This document shows positions 8,232 through 17,026 of a stretch of 30,757 nucleotides of DNA, in pieces. Position 1 is the stretch's first letter, and each line of letters begins with the position of its first letter. The stretch lies in IMG/VR virus record IMGVR_UViG_3300038316_000377, positions 1-30,757 of that record. One strand, written 5' to 3'. Under the pieces are notes generated by a model. It was not told where the DNA came from. It saw only the letters and a list, made by a program, of their open reading frames with translations, and searched no databases. Source of the stretch: a virus. Its lineage: Duplodnaviria; Caudoviricetes. Both the position numbers and the translations under genes were made by a program.

Positions 8232-10774
8232 TACCAGCCCTCCGTCACTTTTCTTGCCACCTTGTTTGCCAGTAGCTCATAATCGATCGGCTCACTGGGA
8301 TTGACATTGATTGTCACAGGCGGTCTTTCCGCTGTGACCGTTTGCCCCACACCCGCAAAGACAGGCTGCATACCCATCGCTGAGATTCCAACATCCATCG
8401 TCGGCAGCAGGCCTGCCATTGTTTTTCGCATGGATCGCTCCACATTGTCCATCTCCTTCATGAAACCAACGCCGATACCTTCTGCGATAGGTCCACCAAT
8501 TCCTTCTGCCCAAAGCTTGGACGGGCTATTAATACCAAGAAGCTCTTTGATATTAGAAAAAAGACTCCGAAATTTTTCCTTGATGTTTGCAACCAGGGTC
8601 GCCCAGCTATTTAAGATTCCTTGCCAAAGTCCAGAGACAATGTCCCTTCCAATCTCTCCAATGTTGCTGATTGCGTTTCGCAGCCCCTCTTTTAATTTGT
8701 CAATCAACTCTCGCCCCTTTGAGCTCATCGTGCTAAACCAGCTGCCGAACCCGTCAACGACATTCCTGATCGCATCCGAGCCGCTTGTTCGCAGCGCTGT
8801 AAACATCCCTTTAATTCCACTAATCAAACTTTCAATGATTTGAGTCCCAGAACTAATGATGCTCGGCAAAGATTGTACGATTGCACCAACGATGGCAAGA
8901 ATAATTTCCGGAACGTAACTTATCAGAACCGGCAATGCCTGCACAAGGCCATCCACCAAAGCGACTATCAGCTCTAAGGCCGCTCCGATCAGCAAAGGCA
9001 AGTTTTCAATTAATACAATGACTACCTGAGGAATAATTTCTGCGATCTTTGTCATCATTTGCGGCAGCGCCTGAGCAATCCCATTGATGAGCATGACGAT
9101 CATCCCTATTGCGGCTGGAATTAATTGTGGGAGAAGTATGCCGATCCCTTCGATGAGAACTGTAATAATGTCCTGACCTGTGGCCGCCAGCTCAGGTAGC
9201 ATTTGGACAATCCCGTCCACCAATTGCATAATCAACTCCGGTGCCGCTTCCAGCAACATGGGCGCCATTTCACCGATCGCTCCTACCAATGATGTGACGA
9301 TTTCTACTCCCAGATCTATCATCTCCGGCAACAGCTCCACAATTGCCCCGAACATTTGTGACAGGGCAGTCACCAGGACACCCAGTAGCTGCGGTAGCAA
9401 GCCTACTATCGTATTCAAAACCTGGACAAAGATTCCAGTAATCACTGGCAGCAGTGTCGGCACCAACGCCCCAACGGCCGTCAATATCCCATCTGTAGCT
9501 TTAGGCAGTGCTTTCACGACATTTTCCAGGATAGGCACGATGTTCTTAACTACCGAACCGAAGGCGTCTACGACGTTCTCGGTCAGGTTGGTCATGTCAG
9601 CGTTGGAATTTCCCAAACCTGCTGTAAATGAACCGACAGCTGCTTTCAACAACCCCAGAGATCCACTAATTGTTTGGGTGCTTTCTTTGGCGAAATTGCC
9701 GGCATACTGTTCAGTGTTTTCGAAGAACATCTGCATTGCCATCTCTGACTTTTCAGCTTGAGTGGCAGACGCCCACACAAAATCCAACCCTTTTGAAGCA
9801 GCATAGGCTTCGATGGTTGTTGCGTTCATAGCAACACCCAGGTTGTCCATCATGGTGAAGTTCCCTTTGGCAGCTCCAGCGACCGAATCCAGGGCAGTCT
9901 GCATATCAATACCCATCACGCTTGCCATGTCAGCTGCCCGCTGCATTGCCCTGGAGCTCAGATCAGCCGATGTCTCAATGTCCAGTCCGCTTCCCTGAAA
10001 AAGCGCACCCATTTTGTTGGCTGTTTCCAGATATTGGTTTTGGGTCACGCCCATGTTCTTGTAAGCATCTTCACCGATCGCCTGCATCCTGCCCGCAAAT
10101 TCGCCGAAGACTGCCTCAGAACCTCCCAGGCTCTGTTCCAGATCTCCAAAGCCTGAAATAACAGCTTGAGCCAGTTTGATTGCTCCTGCACCAGCTGCTA
10201 CCGCCATGCCGCCGATTGCCAATCCAGCTGCCTTTCCCAGCCCGGCAATCTTATCTCCTACGCCTGTGAGCATAGAGGCGGTGCCTTTTCCCAGATCCTT
10301 TAGCCGGTCTCCCAGAGTCTTAACTTCTTTCTCGGATTTTTTAGACTCTTCACCGACCTTCTTGGTTTCTTTAGCAGTATCCTCTGATTCGCTCCCCATA
10401 CCCTCCAGAGCTTCCTCAGTTTTTACCAGTTCGAGGGACATTTTCCCTAATTTTTCAGACTCTTTGTTTAGCTGAATCTGCAGTTCCTGTGCAGCCCGAC
10501 TAGTTTCGCCCTTGGATTCTGCAACGCGGTCATACTCCTCTTGAAGCGAGGCTACCTTTCCAGTTTGCACCCCAATTGATTGATTGAGCGTAGAGATTCT
10601 CTGTTCAAGCCCTTCTGAGCTTTTAGTCCAATCACCCAACGTGGCAACACCGGCCTTGAACTGGCTGTCCAATACCCTCAGTTCCCGATTCGCAGACGAA
10701 ATACCTGTTTTGAAATCGGTCGAATCCAGGCTCATGCTGGAATTTAATGCGCTGCTTCCGCTGTCTTTAGCCAT
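8231..10774 (-). CDS. Tail tape measure protein
   Basis: About 850 aa helical Ala/Gly-rich protein with amphipathic repeats and LGINSPSK C-terminal motif; follows the chaperones. Confidence 0.92.
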   Translation of the reverse strand: MAKDSGSSALNSSMSLDSTDFKTGISSANRELRVLDSQFKAGVATLGDWTKSSEGLEQRISTLNQSIGVQTGKVASLQEEYDRVAESKGETSRAAQELQIQLNKESEKLGKMSLELVKTEEALEGMGSESEDTAKETKKVGEESKKSEKEVKTLGDRLKDLGKGTASMLTGVGDKIAGLGKAAGLAIGGMAVAAGAGAIKLAQAVISGFGDLEQSLGGSEAVFGEFAGRMQAIGEDAYKNMGVTQNQYLETANKMGALFQGSGLDIETSADLSSRAMQRAADMASVMGIDMQTALDSVAGAAKGNFTMMDNLGVAMNATTIEAYAASKGLDFVWASATQAEKSEMAMQMFFENTEQYAGNFAKESTQTISGSLGLLKAAVGSFTAGLGNSNADMTNLTENVVDAFGSVVKNIVPILENVVKALPKATDGILTAVGALVPTLLPVITGIFVQVLNTIVGLLPQLLGVLVTALSQMFGAIVELLPEMIDLGVEIVTSLVGAIGEMAPMLLEAAPELIMQLVDGIVQMLPELAATGQDIITVLIEGIGILLPQLIPAAIGMIVMLINGIAQALPQMMTKIAEIIPQVVIVLIENLPLLIGAALELIVALVDGLVQALPVLISYVPEIILAIVGAIVQSLPSIISSGTQIIESLISGIKGMFTALRTSGSDAIRNVVDGFGSWFSTMSSKGRELIDKLKEGLRNAISNIGEIGRDIVSGLWQGILNSWATLVANIKEKFRSLFSNIKELLGINSPSKLWAEGIGGPIAEGIGVGFMKEMDNVERSMRKTMAGLLPTMDVGISAMGMQPVFAGVGQTVTAERPPVTINVNPSEPIDYELLANKVARKVTEGW

Positions 10775-10795
10775 CAACTAACTCCTTAGGCTGCA

Positions 10796-11313
10796 TTACC
10801 ACACATCCTCAGCATAGAGTTGCTTATTAGGGCTTGCATCACCCTTGCTGGAAACGTGCCTTACAAAATCGAACAAGCTAACCGCGTCTGTACGGTCGAT
10901 ATCTGCCAGCGACCAGTTGAAACTCTTCACCAACATCAGCTGGATGTTCATCAACGCCTCCAAAGGCTCCCCATCATCTTCGACCGCCTCCGAATCTACT
11001 CCGGAGGCGGGTTGGGATTTGGGTTGCTGATCGAGCCCACAATCTGAGTGAGCACAGTCATCACTTCGTTAAACTCCGCTCCGTCCATCAACTCGTCCCG
11101 GGTGAACTTGTTGCCAAAAAAAGCAACCACAAAATCACCCAGGTTGTCTGCTATTTCAGGATCCATATTCTGAGGATCCTGCAACTCCTGGATCCACTTC
11201 TGCAGCTTGAAAGCCTCTTTCAGAAGCCGGAAGGGGACGAAACTCTGGCGGTATACCGCCTTTTCTTCGTTGTTCTCGTCATAAAGTTTTAGCTCGATTG
11301 CAAATTTTGGCAT
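10796..11313 (-). CDS. Tail assembly chaperone gpGT (-1 frameshift fusion product)
   Basis: Slippery heptamer C CCA AAT at 11023-11017 in frame; -1 frame reads SQPASGVDSEAVEDDGEPLEALMNIQLMLVKSFNWSLADIDRTD...YAEDVW to a stop at 10796. Confidence 0.8.
10984..11023 (-). promoter_or_regulatory. Programmed -1 frameshift signal (CCCAAAT + 6-nt spacer + 11-bp stem-loop)
   Basis: CCGCCTCCGGA-GTAGA-TTCGGAGGCGG hairpin begins 6 nt after the X XXY YYZ heptamer. Confidence 0.8.
10996..11313 (-). CDS. Tail assembly chaperone gpG
   Basis: Lies between major tail protein and tape measure; FGNKFTRDEL motif. Confidence 0.85.
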   Translation of the reverse strand: MPKFAIELKLYDENNEEKAVYRQSFVPFRLLKEAFKLQKWIQELQDPQNMDPEIADNLGDFVVAFFGNKFTRDELMDGAEFNEVMTVLTQIVGSISNPNPNPPPE

Positions 11314-11329
11314 GGCACTCCATTTCGGT

Positions 11330-11360
11330 AGGCGGAAAGGGCTTTCACCCTACTCCGCCT
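11330..11360 (-). other. GC-rich stem-loop with GAAA tetraloop between major tail and chaperone genes
   Basis: AGGCGGA-GT-AGGGT-GAAA-GCCCT-T-TCCGCCT; no U-tract. Confidence 0.55.
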
Positions 11361-11383
11361 TCAAATTTATCTTTCGCTTAGTT

Positions 11384-12004
11384 CTATGCTACCGTAGCAG
11401 GCACAGGCACCGCGGTAAACCAGCCCGCTATCAATGACGCCGAAGCGGTCACGTCTTCATCCGCTTTAACAACTTTGACAGTTTCCTTCTTCCCAGTCGC
11501 GGTCTGAAATTCGAATATTGTGCGCAAGCCGGTGAAGGTCAGTTTGGCGTTCTTAGGCGCGGGGGTAGTTTCCAGTGTTGCAAATTCCTCATCAGCCAGG
11601 GCAAATTTGCCTTTCAGGTAACAAACGTACCTGTATTTTCCGTTCGACTTTTTCGAACGGAACAGCAGGGCATATTCTGGCGGTTCACCGCCGCTGCCCT
11701 CGATCAACATGCCGTTGGTGGCGTTATAGGTCTTTCCGGTCAAAAGTGCCACTGTTACCAACGGAACGTTGGTGACCTCGATCTCAACCGAACTCTCACT
11801 TTCAGCACTTGAGCTGTCAAAAACGCCGTCGTCCGCGTATTGAGTGTTCGAATTCCGGGTGGTGCTCACCTTTGCGGTTGCAACGGGTGCCAGGTAGACC
11901 GGAGCAGACGCTGTGTAGCCGGTTGCGTCGTCTTTTGTCACTGGCGCGTAATGCAGTTTGTCAAGCCCAACTTGACTTTTATATTCTCCTTGCACAATAG
12001 TCAT
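11384..12004 (-). CDS. Major tail protein (phi13 family-like)
   Basis: VGLDKLHYA, YADDG, ALLFRSKKSNGKYRYV.YLKGKF motifs. Confidence 0.9.
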   Translation of the reverse strand: MTIVQGEYKSQVGLDKLHYAPVTKDDATGYTASAPVYLAPVATAKVSTTRNSNTQYADDGVFDSSSAESESSVEIEVTNVPLVTVALLTGKTYNATNGMLIEGSGGEPPEYALLFRSKKSNGKYRYVCYLKGKFALADEEFATLETTPAPKNAKLTFTGLRTIFEFQTATGKKETVKVVKADEDVTASASLIAGWFTAVPVPATVA

Positions 12005-12007
12005 TTC

Positions 12008-12355
12008 TTACTCCTTTTCTTCCATAAAAAGAAAATCCTTGCTCTGGCCGTAGTGGCCAGTTTCTGTGTAATCCATGTCGCGTTCAGCTTGAAACAAAAA
12101 GCCGTCTGCCAACATAGCTGCTTCCACATCCGGGAAGCTTTCAAATCCATCCTTGGACCAACAATTCAGCTGTACCAGGTGATTTCGCAGGACCTCATGG
12201 TCATCCACATGTTCCTCTGGGGCAGTTGAGATAACCTGGAACGTTATATAACGATCAGGCAATACCTCGCCGGTCTGTGATACCAGTCGGTTGTTTTCGA
12301 CTGGTAACCCAAGCCCCGCTAAGGCAGCCTTCGTTCGAGCCCAAATTGTTGCCAT
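12008..12355 (-). CDS. Tail terminator / tail completion protein
   Basis: Position before major tail protein; PDRYITF, VQLNCWS, YTETGHYG pattern. Confidence 0.7.
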   Translation of the reverse strand: MATIWARTKAALAGLGLPVENNRLVSQTGEVLPDRYITFQVISTAPEEHVDDHEVLRNHLVQLNCWSKDGFESFPDVEAAMLADGFLFQAERDMDYTETGHYGQSKDFLFMEEKE

Positions 12356-12747
12356 TATTCAATCCCTCTGGCTTTCAGTCGCGCTTTCATTGCCCGATAG
12401 ATCTTTGCCTTATCTTCAGTCATGGTCGCACGTATAAACGAGTGCGCCTTCACGCTTGAAGAGCCAAATTCATTCACAGTTCCATATCGAACCACTTCAC
12501 CAGGCGCGTCAATCAACCCGATTTCCACGAAAGAGACGTTTCCATCTTTTTTGATTTCGCTCCGTTTGAGATGGTCTTTGAGTTTGCCAGTCCGGATCCT
12601 GACCCGCCGTTGCATGCCTGCCAGGGCAACTTCTGCTCCGGCATCCAGCATATCGCCAACGATCTCGTCAATCTGCGAGCGTTCCAGCTCGTCAAGATCT
12701 TCCAGCATCCTCTGCAGGTTTGCTGGCATTTTGAGTCCGGCTTTCAT
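12355..12747 (-). CDS. HK97 gp10-like neck protein
   Basis: RTGKLKDHL, YGTVNEFGSS, HSFIRAT motifs. Confidence 0.85.
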   Translation of the reverse strand: MKAGLKMPANLQRMLEDLDELERSQIDEIVGDMLDAGAEVALAGMQRRVRIRTGKLKDHLKRSEIKKDGNVSFVEIGLIDAPGEVVRYGTVNEFGSSSVKAHSFIRATMTEDKAKIYRAMKARLKARGIE

Positions 12748-13091
12748 TAACCAGCTCCAATCATGGCAATTCTTAGCTCCTGATATTCATCCCGCTCTCT
12801 CACGTTGTCAATCGAGTGTATTTCCCAGGTATTACCGCGATAGATCACCTTCCAGGTCTCGTCGAGATCAGGCTGATACCGAATCAACAGCGTTGCGGTC
12901 TTTCTGGCTCCGGCGGCATCAGCCTGCCAGAGTTCCTGTCCGTGGGCATTGGTCCATCGACACCAGGTCTGAATCTGCCGACCCGTAATGGGTTTGACAA
13001 ATCCGCCGGCGTCTTTTTCAAGCTTGCGCTCTTCCAGAACGATCTTTGTTCGCAGCTCTCCTGGATTGGTCGTGGTTCTGCCGATTTTCAT
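12747..13091 (-). CDS. Head closure / head-tail adaptor (SPP1 gp16-like)
   Basis: NPGELRTKI, LIRY, WEIHSIDNV motifs. Confidence 0.85.
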   Translation of the reverse strand: MKIGRTTTNPGELRTKIVLEERKLEKDAGGFVKPITGRQIQTWCRWTNAHGQELWQADAAGARKTATLLIRYQPDLDETWKVIYRGNTWEIHSIDNVRERDEYQELRIAMIGAG

Positions 13092-13390
13092 GGGACAAGC
13101 TCTTTCAATCTTGCGGCTTCAGCTTTCAGCTGGAGCAACACCGAGTTCAGTCCAAACACAAGCGGCATCTCATTTTCGGCACCCAGCTGTGCTGGATTTT
13201 CGTGCCATTGCACTAAGAGCATCCTGGCCGCCGATTTGGCAGTAGGGTTGATCACTTCATCCTCGGCCCACTTCCACCCGGTAGCGTTTTCAATGTACGC
13301 GTCCACCTGGGGAAGCAAGTCCAGCATGTTCTGATCATCACTTTCGCAGCGCAAAACGGTGGCTGCCTCACTCGAAGTCAAAATGCTCAC
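13088..13390 (-). CDS. Head-tail connector (HK97 gp6 / SPP1 gp15-like)
   Basis: LR..DD...AYIENATG...MLLVQWHENP; follows the capsid gene. Confidence 0.85.
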   Translation of the reverse strand: MSILTSSEAATVLRCESDDQNMLDLLPQVDAYIENATGWKWAEDEVINPTAKSAARMLLVQWHENPAQLGAENEMPLVFGLNSVLLQLKAEAARLKELVP

Positions 13391-13411
13391 GTTATCTCCA
13401 ATCCAGACCCA

Positions 13412-13441
13412 CTCCCCTGACTCTCTGGGAGTCTCAGGGAG
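13412..13441 (-). terminator. Stem-loop after the capsid gene (possible partial terminator or stabiliser)
   Basis: Imperfect inverted repeat ctcccctgactct-ctgg-gagtctcagggag. Confidence 0.45.
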
Positions 13442-13457
13442 CAGGCCCGTTTGAGTC

Positions 13458-14606
13458 TTAGCTCAACCCAATGGCAATTGCCTCTGGGTCTAAAACGATC
13501 GCGCCGTACATGATGGAAACTTCGTCCACGATTTGGCGATACTCCGCATAGCGGCGGACCTCAAACACCAGGCCGGTGTAGGGGTCGCGGATGCTGGTAG
13601 CATCGATAGCCGCATCACCCTCTTTGGGGATTTCCGGTAGGCGGCAGCCCAAACCAAGGGCTGACTGGTTGAACGCCAGGTTGGGGGTGTATTGGTGGAT
13701 ACTGACCGCCTTGCCATCAGCACCAGCTCCCAATAGACCAGGAGCGCCGATAGTCAGGGTCCCTGCAGACGCGATGCCTTCAGTTACCACGTACTTAGAT
13801 CCAGAAGCTTCATCAGCGATCGAGATCACATCACCTTCCAGGATTGTGCCTGTGCCGGTTTTGACTTTGATCTCCGTTGCGCCTGCGGCGTGAGCTCCAT
13901 CTAAGACATAACTGGCGCCAGTCCCTTTGGTATGTTTGGGCATTTGATTGGATTCGTAGAGATTGAAGCCTTGGACCCGCGTGCGGTATCCGTTCTTCAT
14001 CATCTCATCATCACCAGCCTCGTTGGCTTTCCAAAGCATGCCCATATAGGCACGCATCGCCTCCGCAGTCGCTGTGTTCAGCACCAGGGAGAGTTCTCCG
14101 TTGGACCGATCGTTCTTCGCCAGGATACCCCACAATTTTGCGAAATATTCCAGGTTAGCGGAAGATGCCGTGAACGGCACGGTGTCGGCTGTGCCAAAAG
14201 CGCGGCTGGCATTCAGGATCGCTACGCCCGCCAGGTAACTTTCGATCCCAGCGGCTAGCTTGTCAAATGCCTGCAGGTACTGGTTTTGGCGGCGGATCGC
14301 CATATTGGCGTCACCGATTGCTTCTGAAGCTTCACCGGTAACAGCAATACGCACACCCTTTCGGTATGCCATTGTGTAAGTGAGTGCTTTTGCCACATCA
14401 GCACTAGGTGCGGGCAGAGTTGCTGCAGGTTCGATGTCAACTGCACCGCTTACCTGAGGCACATCCCATACCACACTTTGACCCTTTGCGGCTCGAGAGA
14501 GTTTGCCATCCACCTGGACGGCTCTGATCATCCCAAACTGGCGCCGTGGAAATTCCGCGATGCCCGCATAAAGGGTTGGAAACAAACTTGCTAAAGAATC
14601 AGGCAT
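13458..14606 (-). CDS. Major capsid protein, P22 coat-like with insertion domain
   Basis: Position; GFNLYESNQ, GTILEGDVISIA...YVVT insertion, NLAFNQSALGL, DPYTGLVFEV, YGAIVLDPE C-terminus. Confidence 0.85.
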   Translation of the reverse strand: MPDSLASLFPTLYAGIAEFPRRQFGMIRAVQVDGKLSRAAKGQSVVWDVPQVSGAVDIEPAATLPAPSADVAKALTYTMAYRKGVRIAVTGEASEAIGDANMAIRRQNQYLQAFDKLAAGIESYLAGVAILNASRAFGTADTVPFTASSANLEYFAKLWGILAKNDRSNGELSLVLNTATAEAMRAYMGMLWKANEAGDDEMMKNGYRTRVQGFNLYESNQMPKHTKGTGASYVLDGAHAAGATEIKVKTGTGTILEGDVISIADEASGSKYVVTEGIASAGTLTIGAPGLLGAGADGKAVSIHQYTPNLAFNQSALGLGCRLPEIPKEGDAAIDATSIRDPYTGLVFEVRRYAEYRQIVDEVSIMYGAIVLDPEAIAIGLS

Positions 14607-14609
14607 TTT

Positions 14610-14978
14610 TTACTCCTTTTCTTCAGTGACTTTGCCACCGCGTTTCATAAACGCAGCCTTCTCACTGGTATTCATCCCGTCGAATTCCTCGCGGGTCATG
14701 GTGTTTTTGACAGTGCCAACTTCTGCAGCTGCCTCTGATACTGGTACGAACAAACTGGCCGTGCTTTCGGCAAGCTCGTCCGCCTTTGTCAGCTTGTTGT
14801 AAAGGTCGAGCGCCTTTTGTGCTTCGGCTTGAGCCTCGTCCAGCGCGGGCTCAAGAGCCAGAGCAGCATTGACGTCTTCCTCGGTGCCGCCCAGGAGGGT
14901 TTCAATCTCCTGAGCCTTGTCATTCACGGCCTGGACGCGTTTTTGCGCCAGATCATACGCACTCTTGAATGTGGTCAT
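14610..14978 (-). CDS. Scaffolding protein
   Basis: Helical Ala/Glu-rich 122 aa between protease and capsid; C-terminal MTREEFDGMNTSEKAAFMKRGGKVTE resembles scaffold capsid-binding tails. Confidence 0.65.
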   Translation of the reverse strand: MTTFKSAYDLAQKRVQAVNDKAQEIETLLGGTEEDVNAALALEPALDEAQAEAQKALDLYNKLTKADELAESTASLFVPVSEAAAEVGTVKNTMTREEFDGMNTSEKAAFMKRGGKVTEEKE

Positions 14979-15803
14979 TTACTTCTCCTTCTTGAGAGTT
15001 TTGATTTTTTCGCGCAGCGCCTGGACGGCTTGCTCGCGTTCTTCTGTATCGGAGGCATCTTCCGGCACGCTGGTTGCCAGATCCTCCGTAACATTCAATC
15101 CTTTTTGCATCATTTCCTGAACAGCAGCAGGAACCTCCCGGTATCCTTTCAATGCGTTGTTCATCACTGGCAGGGAATCCTTTGCTATCCCCATCGCTCT
15201 TGTGGATGCGGGTTGGCTGATGATCTCATCCACGAACCCATTCTCAAGCGCCGTTTGGGCGCTCATCCAGGTCTCGTCTGCCATCATCTTTTCGATCTGG
15301 CTTTGTTCAAGCGCGCTCTTTGCCGAATACGCTTCCACGATCCCCTTTTTCAACTCCTTGAGCATGCTGATCGACACCCTGTGATCATCCACATTGCCGA
15401 TCGTCACCGTCCACGGGTCGTGGATCATGAAAAAGGCGGAGTCTTGCATTTGCACCTTGGATCCCGCTGTGGCGATGTAGGTAGCCGCGCTTGCGCACAA
15501 TCCATCGATCTGGCATATCACCTTGCCAGGATAAGACATCAACAGTGCCCGGATTGCGCTTGCGGCCATGATGTCGCCGCCCGATGAATGGATCCGGAAC
15601 AAAACCGGTTTTCCGGCTGCTTTGTCCAAAGCGTCCTTCACCGAATCCTGGGTGATATACCCAAGCGGTGGGTTGATCGGATCCCAAAACCAATAACTGT
15701 CCATGATGTCGCCGTAGCAGAAAATTTCAACTTCACCGCTCTCGATGGCGTCAAACACCAATCGGCGTTCACCTTCCTGTGCCAGCTTGCTGTTCAATTT
15801 CAT
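14979..15803 (-). CDS. ClpP-type (S14) head maturation protease
   Basis: IHSSGGD, GLCASAA (Ser), FMIHDP (His), ETWMSAQTALENGFVDEI. Confidence 0.92.
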   Translation of the reverse strand: MKLNSKLAQEGERRLVFDAIESGEVEIFCYGDIMDSYWFWDPINPPLGYITQDSVKDALDKAAGKPVLFRIHSSGGDIMAASAIRALLMSYPGKVICQIDGLCASAATYIATAGSKVQMQDSAFFMIHDPWTVTIGNVDDHRVSISMLKELKKGIVEAYSAKSALEQSQIEKMMADETWMSAQTALENGFVDEIISQPASTRAMGIAKDSLPVMNNALKGYREVPAAVQEMMQKGLNVTEDLATSVPEDASDTEEREQAVQALREKIKTLKKEK

Positions 15804-17026
15804 AGTGTCTCCTTGCCGGGCATGATTAACCCCTTATCTGTGATCACTGCCATATTTCCAGGGAAGTAGTGTTGATCTCCACCCGGGTAGGGTTCCAGGT
15901 CATTAATTGCCCGGGCTTCGTTGGGTGAATAAATGCCATCCAGAATCTGGGTATGCAAAAATTCAGCTTGTGTTTTAGTGTCCAGCTGCATCAGGGCTTT
16001 GCGCTCAAAGCGGAAGAATCCCGCGTCCTGATCCTCAGTTGCCAGCCATTTCAGCCTGGCACTCTGTTCAAACTGCACCAGGTAGGGGTTCAGGGTGGTT
16101 CCCAGGTAATCCAGCTGCTGCTGCTCGTTCGACTGGTAGGATTGCTTTCCCAAATTGAGCCTGTACTGTGGCAAGCCAAAATAGTTCGCGATCTCAACTT
16201 CTGTCGCCTGGATGCTTTCCAGGAACTGCACATCAGACGCGTTCATCGTGATCTGTTTGAAATCAAGGATGGCGTTGTCCTGCACCATCACACCATCTGT
16301 GGCTGACTTTAGATAACTGTCTTTCACCTTCTGCCTGGCTTCTTCCCCAATCGCGCCATTTACCTTCAGAATGGCAGTAGGTAACAGTCCGTTGCCCATC
16401 AGGGTGTTTCTCGAGTTGTTGGCCCCGATCTGTCGGCTGATCGTATCGGACGCGTATCCCAGCACTGACCTACCAAACATTCCCCGCTTATCCGGGTTGA
16501 TCATCAGTTGCAGGATCTCGGGATCCGGGATATTTTTGACTTCCCCGTTGTCAAACAACACCTGGAAATAGCGGTTGCCTTTCTTATCAAACACCGGCCG
16601 TACCTTGCTTGCTTCCAGGTGATAGATTTCTGGGTATGTGCTAACCGGTCTCCAGGCATAGGCATTGCCCATGCCCAACAAGTCCAAAATCAGCCGTTTT
16701 TTGAACACAAAAGGTGTTTGCCATCTGTTAGGCTCAATTTCAATCAAATAAGCCACATTTCGGCTGTCTCCGTCTGGCTTGACCCTTCTGGAGCCTCTTT
16801 CCAGCCGCTCAAACTGCTGAAAGGGCAGAGCGGCAATGTCGTCGCTCAAGATATTCATGCAGCGGTAAACGGTAGATAATTTCTTGGCCGTTTCCACACT
16901 AATGGTTCCAATTGTCGCCATTGGTGGCCAATAGAGTACAAAGTTATTGTCACCAGGCTGCATCTCAGCTGGAATCGGGGTTATCACTGCTTTGTTGATT
17001 ACTTGTTTCTTGCTCACATACCCCAT
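15800..17026 (-). CDS. Portal protein (HK97 family)
   Basis: VYRCMNILSDDIAALP, EPNRWQT, GNAY, QFLE, IANYFGLP, SPNEAR; start at ATG 17026 or GTG 17017. Confidence 0.95.
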   Translation of the reverse strand: MGYVSKKQVINKAVITPIPAEMQPGDNNFVLYWPPMATIGTISVETAKKLSTVYRCMNILSDDIAALPFQQFERLERGSRRVKPDGDSRNVAYLIEIEPNRWQTPFVFKKRLILDLLGMGNAYAWRPVSTYPEIYHLEASKVRPVFDKKGNRYFQVLFDNGEVKNIPDPEILQLMINPDKRGMFGRSVLGYASDTISRQIGANNSRNTLMGNGLLPTAILKVNGAIGEEARQKVKDSYLKSATDGVMVQDNAILDFKQITMNASDVQFLESIQATEVEIANYFGLPQYRLNLGKQSYQSNEQQQLDYLGTTLNPYLVQFEQSARLKWLATEDQDAGFFRFERKALMQLDTKTQAEFLHTQILDGIYSPNEARAINDLEPYPGGDQHYFPGNMAVITDKGLIMPGKETL

